The position numbers were made by a program, and so were the translations under genes. DNA of 64,000 nucleotides. Origin: Nemertoderma westbladi (lineage: Eukaryota > Animalia > Xenacoelomorpha). Shown piece after piece: positions 54,744 to 62,371 of this stretch (position 1 is its first letter; each line of letters starts with the position of its first letter). The notes beneath the pieces are model-generated. The model did no database searches, was not told where the DNA came from, and saw only the letters and a program-made list of their open reading frames with translations. The DNA lies in contig JAUCBJ010001100.1 in NCBI GenBank assembly GCA_032718475.1, positions 1 to 64,000 on the forward strand, written 5' to 3'.

Positions 54744-54819
<76 letters not shown>

Positions 54820-54896
54820 GGGGGGGGGGTGTGTGTGTGTGTGTTGGGGGGTGTGTGTGTGTGTGTGGGGGGGGGGGGTGTGTGTGTGTGTGTGTG
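54718..54896. repeat. Compound (TG)n / poly-G microsatellite
   Basis: Alternating TG runs and several G runs; explains CV/HT/PP low-complexity ORFs. Confidence 0.97.
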
Positions 54897-56438
54897 GCGA
54901 CAACATTGCGCACCCTGAGTAATATTCAGATATCAACACGCTAAACATAGATGGTTATCTATATGTAGGCCAGTTCTGCCGTGCAATTTAAAAAGACCGC
55001 AAGTCGCATTTTTCCAAAAATCACTTTTTCACTTTTTCTGGGTCTAAAAAATGCGCTCTATCTAATGGTATAATCGAGAAGACAGTATCTACTCTAGTTC
55101 TCGAGATGTTCAATGTAAAAAGGCCGCAAGTCACAACATATATTCGGAAGAGACAGTAACAATACCTGCAATATCCTACTGTAAAGTTTGTGAATCAAAT
55201 CATAAATCCGACCTTCTCACCAAAACAGTAAACTCTAAGTAAGCGAATATATTGCAGTATCGATCTCTTATAACCGGTGAGGCAGAAAACAGTCTACGAG
55301 CAGACAAACTTCGATAAAACAAAATCCCGCGCAGCGAATCCTAAAATCAGGCTGACTCACTGACGGACTAAGAGGCTCGTATACTTTGCCGCGGTGTGAT
55401 TTATATGGTTGGGCGAAAGGGACGCTAGCTAGGTACAGAGGCAGAGATTTGGAGATGTCTAACTAGCGGGCAAAGCACAGTACGGACAAAGTTAATTTTA
55501 TATATTTTGAGGTGTAAATAATTTCTAACGCGCGTGTGTTAATTCTGAACGGTCAAAGCAGTTTTGCTCCTTCACATATATAATTACTGGGTACGGTGTG
55601 CATTTTACAAATATTCTAATTTTGTAACTTGTAGGTCCAATACTCACGAATGATAAGGTTCCTTCCCCTCTTGCGTATTTCCAGGACTCAAATTCAGGCA
55701 TAAGGTTAATGCTACGCCCAGAATTCGGCAATTTTAATTTACCAGGCCCCTAATACTAAGAAGAAATGTGTTAGTTTACTACTGTAGGCGTACAGTTACA
55801 AATAGCTATCCTGGCGTCCTATCTAGAATTTTAGTCACCTAGGTAGGCTGGGTAACTTCCTATCAAGACGTTGGCGGGGACACGGTAGATGTTAGTATAT
55901 CCCTAATAGCCTCGATTTATTTGCGCCTAGTTGTAAACTGCCCTACCGCCTGAACGGTACAATCCTAACTCAGGTGAAACACAGCAACCCTCCTAGCCTA
56001 CAAGTTCTAATGCAATGGACACCGTTGCACTACAAATAGTCACAGACGCACCTGTACTTAGCAAGAGTTAGGCGTACAGTTTGCTGCACCCTACCAATGT
56101 GTATGCTTTGTACCGGTGTGCCCACGTCCTATCTGCGTACTAGTATCTCTGCCTGCTCTCTCCCCCCCCGTAGGAATGTGAAGGTCTACTGTGGTTTTTT
56201 CCTGAATCAAGACAGTACAGTCCCTAAGATGTAATTTTAGGCTTACAGCGTGTCACTACTTCTACCTTTTGATCTTTGGTCTTACGCTTAGGTAGCAAGG
56301 CGTCGAACGCTGTCTAACCTTTCAGGCGATGGGCGAATAACTGAGGTGGTATTGCGGGTTGTCTCCTGTCTACATTCCCGTGATGTTCCCGTTCATTGCT
56401 GCGGCCCGATCTCTAGCCGGCCATCCTGTTCTTAAGTT

Positions 56439-57985
56439 TGTTCACCGTAGTGAATCATGGTAAAACAGATAGAAAAGGCTGGTAGCGGTATTTCTGAATT
56501 TATTGCAGATAATAATACAAATATAATCTGAAAACTAATGACAGAATAAACAAATATCAGATAACTCAGAGAGATAGATTATGGTATATAACTAATGAAC
56601 AAATCGCACCTTTATATAGCAAATTTGTGCTGCAATCAATCGAGAAAATTCTCGATTGTTCTATAGGTTCTAACATGTTTTTAAAGATAGCTATTGGTCC
56701 AGCTAATATATAACTTGCACGACATTGGTTACAATCAAATAACTACAGTCTCATTGGTTAATCTAGGTACAAACAAATGCAATTTAATTTGTAGCGGTTA
56801 ATTTAAATGAGTTGAAATTCTGCACAAAAAATAATTCGCACTTACTAGGATTCGAACTCAATACCTACTACATATATAATTTCCAACGCTCTACCAACTG
56901 AGCTACTGAACCACTTGAATAATAGGCGTACAAATAGAAATAGCAATACAAATGAGGACTCAATGCAATCTTTTACAAAGTTAATTCGAATAAAATAAAA
57001 TTTTGAAAATCCACGGCATTTAGGGAATATAATTCTATACCGCTCCATGAAAACAGGATATTATCGTGCATAAAATATACGGTTTTCACCAATAATCAAT
57101 CAAACTATAGAATACTTAGGGCGTACTTACATATTTACAAATTAAATTTCAAACAATACTTCCTTTCTACATAATGATTCGATACAAAATAATTACAAAT
57201 TCAAACTTTACGTAGTTAAGGCTTTACTAAGTAAGTACAATATAAATCTAAATTAAATTCACCAATATAAATCTATTGCATCTCAATATTGCATAAATTC
57301 AAACAATTACAAATACAAATAAATGAAATCATAAGAAAGGCTCGCGAGTCTTCCATCTACTATTGCATCTCAAATATTGCATAAATTCAAATAATTACAA
57401 ATACTTTCGTGCCTAAATGTAGATTGCATAAGTTCGGAATAATTACAAATATGAGTCTTTCTAAGCACAAAACTTTCTAACTATAAAACTTTCTAAATAC
57501 AAAATATAACACTTTACAAATGAAACTATAAGAAAGGCCCACGAGTCTTCCATCTACTCTTACTTTCTATTTCACTGTAAATACAAATACTGCTTATAAG
57601 ATATAAATTGCATAATATTCGGAACAATATAAATTGCATAAGTTCGGAATAATATAAATTGCATAAGTTCGGAATAATATAAATTGCATAAGTTCGGAAT
57701 AATCACAAATATAAAATATAAATCTTGCAAAATATAAATTCTTACTAAATATAAGTCTTACTAAATATAGATATAAACTGCATAAGTTTAGAATAATATA
57801 AACTCCTTTGCATCTCAAATATGAAACATAAATCTTTCAAATATAAGTTCCTTCTAAATATAAACTTTCTAAATTTCATAAATTCGGAACAATACAAATT
57901 GCTTAAGTTCGGAATAAACACGAATATAAATATAAATTCAAATAAATCAGAAAATCATAAGAAAGGCTCACGAGTCTTCCATCCA
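56439..57985 (-). mobile_element. Candidate 3' LTR (~1.5 kb) with AT-rich, repeat-containing U3
   Basis: Starts TG after PPT; 25-bp repeats TATAAATTGCATAAGTTCGGAATAA at 57602-57702; promoter and polyA signals in U3-R-U5 order; possible end GGTGAACA at 56439; second LTR not in window so ends unverified. Confidence 0.45.
56499..56757 (-). promoter_or_regulatory. Pol II promoter/terminator module: 3 CCAAT boxes, HSE-like palindrome, TATA box, AATAAA
   Basis: ATTGG at 56693, 56724, 56753; CAATCGAGAA-AA-TTCTCGATTG 56637-56658; minus-strand TATATAAA 56611-56618; minus-strand AATAAA 56499-56504. Confidence 0.62.
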
Positions 57986-58002
57986 CCCTTGCCCTCCCTT
58001 TT
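57986..58002 (-). promoter_or_regulatory. Candidate polypurine tract
   Basis: Minus strand AAAAGGGAGGGCAAGGG immediately followed by TG (57985-57984) and directly after the last ORF stop. Confidence 0.55.
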
Positions 58003-58333
58003 ATCGCTTAGTTGATCGAGCCCTGCCGCGTCCTCGAAAACTGCGCACAGGTGACTTTGCTCGCGATATGGGACTTGTGGGGCGAGTCTCTGGTTTCGTT
58101 TGGACGTTGAGAGACGGTGCGACTATTTCCTCGCAAATTCGTCTATTTGGCATCCCAAAACCTCGACCGATTCCTCGTGACCGATCAGTTGTCACTACAG
58201 TTGGTAGAACGTCTGGGAACGCGCGAGAAACGGACGATGCAGACCCAAGAGTAGCTTGCGCCCCCTTTTGATCAGCTGGTGTGTGTCCCGATCCTCCTAT
58301 TGGTTCTCTAGGAAGCGATACCGTATCCCCGAG
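58001..58333 (-). CDS. Accessory ORF segment C: Arg/Gly/Ser-rich tail, possibly the frameshifted end of segment B
   Basis: +1 frame opens just before the segment B stop and runs LGDTVSLPREP...RSFRGRGRARSTKR to a TAA directly before the PPT-like tract. Confidence 0.45.
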   Translation of the reverse strand, partial: LGDTVSLPREPIGGSGHTPADQKGAQATLGSASSVSRAFPDVLPTVVTTDRSRGIGRGFGMPNRRICEEIVAPSLNVQTKPETRPTSPISRAKSPVRSFRGRGRARSTKR

Positions 58334-59594
58334 TTATTCGAATGGTCGGCTCGACTCCCTTGCGTTCTTCTATATTAATAGACTTCTTTAACTGTTGGCC
58401 CACTTTCTGGACCCGTATGATCCTACCCTGTCCGTCCTCCCGAGGGTGACGTGCAGACGGCGCAACCGGAGTGGCTGGTATATTTGTCGCCTCTAGGACC
58501 TCCTCTTCCTCGAATACGCTCGCTCGTATACGTTTATGGTAAAATGCGGCTCGGTACGCCCATGCGACGGTTAACCAAGCTCCTTTATTCCACTTTTCGG
58601 TTCGGAAACGATCGAATTCACCATACGTGATGGGATTAACGACTTTCTGAAAATTCCACGTGTTTTTGTTATCCGGGTGAATCTGTAGTAGATACTCGCG
58701 CACTACTCGGAATCCACTGTCGTGGGGCAAAATATCGACTACCTCGATAAGTTCGTCATATTGGGGCATAGCGGAGATATATCCTTCCGACATCATCGTT
58801 TGGGGATTTACCGCCCAAAATCCAAGATGCGCTCTCATCGGAAACCGTCTTCTTTGTGCCGATACATGTTCGTCGGCTAAATCTTCCCACTCATCAAATA
58901 ATTTTCTCACGAGTTTTACAGATTCGTGTTCATAGGGTATGTCTCTTAGTTGGCATTCAGATGCTCGATGTCCCTTTATATTGCAATAAGTACATTGAGC
59001 CATAAATCTCCAGCAAGTATAAAAGGTATGAGACCCTTGATCTCCACACCATCCACAGATTAGCTGAGTCGTAGTAATGTGCTTTCCACTGAACTTGGTC
59101 ATATGATGTCCAGCGACGCCACATTTACCACACATCGTATTGGCAGGGTACCACACTCGTTCATATATAAGATCTCCAATCGGTCGAGCGCTTCCTCCCA
59201 CACTATAATTGTAGTCATCTGGATCTATGGGTTGGTAGGTTTCTGAAGGTTGTATACAAACTATAGCATCTGTTGCTTCAAGTTGTCGAATCTCCGTCTG
59301 AGATTTCTTCGGGAGGTTCCTTTCTATCTCAAGAAGTTCCTCTAAAGGATCGTCAGTGATCGTAGTAGTTACTTCGAAATCATCACCAAGGTGACCGATA
59401 GGCGCGCGCGTCTGCCGTGATTCATCCGTAATCTCCACGATACGTTCTCCTTCATAGGGTAACAATGTAAACATAGATGGTCTTTCGATAAGAGATCCCG
59501 CATTGATAATAAAGTTTATAAACTGAAAATGCTTCCTTGGTTTCTCTATCGTCCCCTCGAGTTCGTCTGTAAAGATGCATTCCATCAAATTCAT
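58308..59594 (-). CDS. Accessory ORF segment B: CCHC zinc-knuckle nucleic-acid-binding protein
   Basis: 428-codon ORF with CGKCGVAGHHMTKF (degenerate), CGWCGDQGSHTFYTC and canonical CTYCNIKGHRASEC. Confidence 0.78.
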   Translation of the reverse strand: MNLMECIFTDELEGTIEKPRKHFQFINFIINAGSLIERPSMFTLLPYEGERIVEITDESRQTRAPIGHLGDDFEVTTTITDDPLEELLEIERNLPKKSQTEIRQLEATDAIVCIQPSETYQPIDPDDYNYSVGGSARPIGDLIYERVWYPANTMCGKCGVAGHHMTKFSGKHITTTQLICGWCGDQGSHTFYTCWRFMAQCTYCNIKGHRASECQLRDIPYEHESVKLVRKLFDEWEDLADEHVSAQRRRFPMRAHLGFWAVNPQTMMSEGYISAMPQYDELIEVVDILPHDSGFRVVREYLLQIHPDNKNTWNFQKVVNPITYGEFDRFRTEKWNKGAWLTVAWAYRAAFYHKRIRASVFEEEEVLEATNIPATPVAPSARHPREDGQGRIIRVQKVGQQLKKSINIEERKGVEPTIRITRGYGIAS

Positions 59595-60054
59595 CTCGTA
59601 CCGCAGGCATAGGTTCGTGCGCCTTCAGGTATTGCATGGTATGATACAAACGACTAATTTCAGTATCGGGGTCTTCGCTAATATCTCCTGTATCACACAA
59701 AGCGTCGTACGGGTAAAGTTCATTGAAGGTTTTGCGCAAACTTTCGATTCTTTCATTTAATGCGTTTTGCCTCCTCTTTAATACATTCGAGTCATATTTC
59801 GTTCTCGCGAGTTTCGCTGTACTTTCTGATAATTCTTTTATACCAAATATAGTGTAATCCTTAGCTCCAAATCGTTCGAATGGCGCTGCTGCTTCCTCTT
59901 GGATATCATATCCCCATCTCGGCTCTCCTTGTATCCCCTTCTCCATAATTAGATGTGTAGTTACATAATCATTACTACTAGAGGGAATACAACAGAGTTT
60001 GTAGTTAGTTGTGAGGAGACGTGAGAGTTTTCGTCTGCCCTTTTGGCTCGACAA
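59452..60054 (-). CDS. Accessory ORF segment A downstream of pol (helical/coiled-coil-like, unknown function)
   Basis: 200-codon open frame co-oriented with pol; overlaps the next ORF by 143 nt; start uncertain. Confidence 0.5.
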   Translation of the reverse strand: MSSQKGRRKLSRLLTTNYKLCCIPSSSNDYVTTHLIMEKGIQGEPRWGYDIQEEAAAPFERFGAKDYTIFGIKELSESTAKLARTKYDSNVLKRRQNALNERIESLRKTFNELYPYDALCDTGDISEDPDTEISRLYHTMQYLKAHEPMPAVRDEFDGMHLYRRTRGDDRETKEAFSVYKLYYQCGISYRKTIYVYIVTL

Positions 60055-60629
60055 CGCTCTAACCTCCTACCCATAGCCTAAGATCTAGGGTTTCTTTAAT
60101 GACACGCTGCTTCTTATCTAAAATTTTTTGCCGAAATAAAAACGAATTTGGGCTAAACTGGCTGTGAGTCTAAAATACTCACTTTTTGATCCCAAACTAT
60201 TATCAGAAAATAAGCAATCAAGAATTAGTAATAAATATAGGGAAGTCTATTTTGACGTAACTTATTGAAACAAGACCGTGTAAAATTTAATTAAAATTTT
60301 AAGAAAGGCTCGCAAGTCTTCCTCTCTTGTTTCTCTAATTTTAAGTTCCACCCGACTGTACCCTGAAATCTATTCACTGGAGAAAATTTTTTTTTTATTT
60401 TTTTTTTTTTTTAAATTTTTCAAATCCAAATGGATTGTCTAAAATTTCGAAAATGTCTCAATATTGTGAGTTCCAAGTAGAATTCCATTTCTTATACCTA
60501 CAAATCCCGCTCCTATGTGACACATAAGGGTACTACTACCCTCAATGTTCACATATAAAGACAATGGAATTCTACCGCTGTCCTTACTACGGTGTACAGG
60601 TACGTGGAAATCTATTTGTAAACTCCTAA

Positions 60630-61510
60630 TTATTTACTAATATTTGTTGGAGATTTGTAGTCTCCAGACTCGTTACGAGTCTCTTCTAAAAGTACGAGAC
60701 GTTGAGTCGGTCTGTCTACTGTACGACCGTCAATTGTCCGTACCGTCACAGTTCTTGTCACTCCATCCATAGATGGATGTGTGGCTAAAATTACACCTGT
60801 TATCCAGAAGCGTCTTTTTAGATTCACTTCTGCTAACAGCACGTGATCTCCCGGCTTTAATGCGCGGGTGTTATTGTACCATGTTGTTCTGGCAGAAATA
60901 GAGGGCAAATAATGGTTTTGCCATATTTCCCAGAATTTGTTAGCTAGTAGTTGCGTGATTTTCCACGCTTTTCTACCATAGCTATCGCTTTCTATTGGAA
61001 TAGAAATAGGCGTCAAAGTGGTCGGTGCCTGCATTAGCAGGTGTGCCGGTGTCAAAGCAAACTGAGATTGTTTGTCATCGGGTACTAATACTATTGGTCT
61101 AGTATTTAGTATTGCCTCGATTTCAACAAACAGTGTTGTCAATTGGTCGTCTGTCAATATGTGGTTTACTGGAATGACCTTTGCCATTGCCGTTTTGATA
61201 GATCTAATCAATCTCTCCCAGACTCCGCCTCTCCATGGACTATCTGGAGGATTAAACTTCCAAACAATCTTGTGAGGTTGTAGTTCGTTCGAGATTTGAT
61301 CATGATCTAATTTCTTAAAGGCTCTAGCAATCTCATTTCGAGCACCAACAAAGTTTGTCCCTTGGTCTGAGTACAAGCACTTCACTAGTCCGCGTCTAGC
61401 GATAAATCGCCGCAATGCTAGTATAAACGCGTTGGTGGAAAGATCCATCACACGTTCAATATGAACTGCCCTACTGGACATACATGTGAAAATCAGTCCC
61501 CAGTAGTATA
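60630..61510 (-). CDS. pol: BEL/Pao integrase catalytic core and C-terminal (DUF5641-like) domain
   Basis: WGLIFTCMSSRAVHIE, FILALRRFIARRG, SDQGTNF, PPDSPWRGGVWERLIRSIK, EAILNTRP, LTPAHLL, FWEIWQNHYL, DGVTRTV; joined to the upstream part by a frameshift after KRGR. Confidence 0.93.
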
Positions 61511-62371
61511 CGTCCACGTTTCGTATGTATGGGACCAAAGCAATCAATTCCAGTCTCTGTAAAAGGTGGTCTGAATGCTTGAAGTCGTGCTTGTGGAAGT
61601 TCACTCATTTCTTGGGTACCTATTCTAGAATGTACCTTCTTACAAATAATACACGTACGTGTCACTGAACTTAACGCTTTACTGGGTCTAATTAATACAA
61701 ATCTTGTACGTAAGTAGGAAAGACAGTGGTGTCTTCCAGCGTGTTTCAGATGTAAATGTGCGTCCAGTATCATTGCACGTTGTAGTTCGTGATGTTGTGG
61801 TATTATTATAGGGTATCTAAAGTTTGTGTTAAAGTCAATGTTTTGAAGCCGAGATTTATGACAAATTAAGCCATTATAAATTATCGGACTCCAACTCAGT
61901 ATTGGTGACGACTTGATTGGTTGACCTTGATTTATGGATGTGAATTCGCGCGCGAAATATCGCAGTTGGTAATGGCGAATTAATTTAATTTCACACCTGT
62001 CAATCTCAGCCAATGTAAGTCGACGTGTAAAGTCACGTTTGCCTTTAACGTATTGTACAAAACGTACAATCCACGCTAATTTTCGGCAAGCGTTCGTCCA
62101 AGAATCTGTTAGGTTTACAATACGGTCGACGTAAGTATTTGTGACGTCATCAGGTAAGTCAATGGAGATTTTGGAAGGTTTTGATTTACTAGAAGGGCCC
62201 ACGGGTCCGCCGGTAAGTATTCCCTTGTTGACTGTTGATCCGTCCGGGTCTACAAGTAATTTGTCCTTCTTCGTCTTCTTACCATGGTTGTCAGTACTTT
62301 GTAAGTCGATCGTTAATGGTGGTTTGAACTCTATGGGGGTTTCGGTAAACTTATTTTTCTGCCGACATTAA
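61500..62371 (-). CDS. pol: BEL/Pao pol continuation: integrase zinc-binding region (frameshifted at both ends)
   Basis: Frame opens at ~62371 overlapping the upstream ORF; AWIVRFV, YPIIIP, H..LKHAG, C..CK, MSELPQARL, PPFTETGIDCFGP. Confidence 0.88.

Noticed and set aside
54583-54948. His/Thr/Pro and Cys/Val/Gly-rich ORFs
   Set aside because: Translations of the TG/poly-G microsatellite
56290-56440. HDV-like or hammerhead ribozyme near GGCCGGC / GGCGAAT
   Set aside because: Could not build the nested double pseudoknot or find a CUGAUGA/GAAA core by eye; an Infernal/RNArobo search would be needed
60630-61604. Independent 324-aa gene starting MNFHKHDF as listed in the ORF track
   Set aside because: The N-terminal ~33 residues are out-of-frame sequence; the true integrase reading enters by frameshift near 61505
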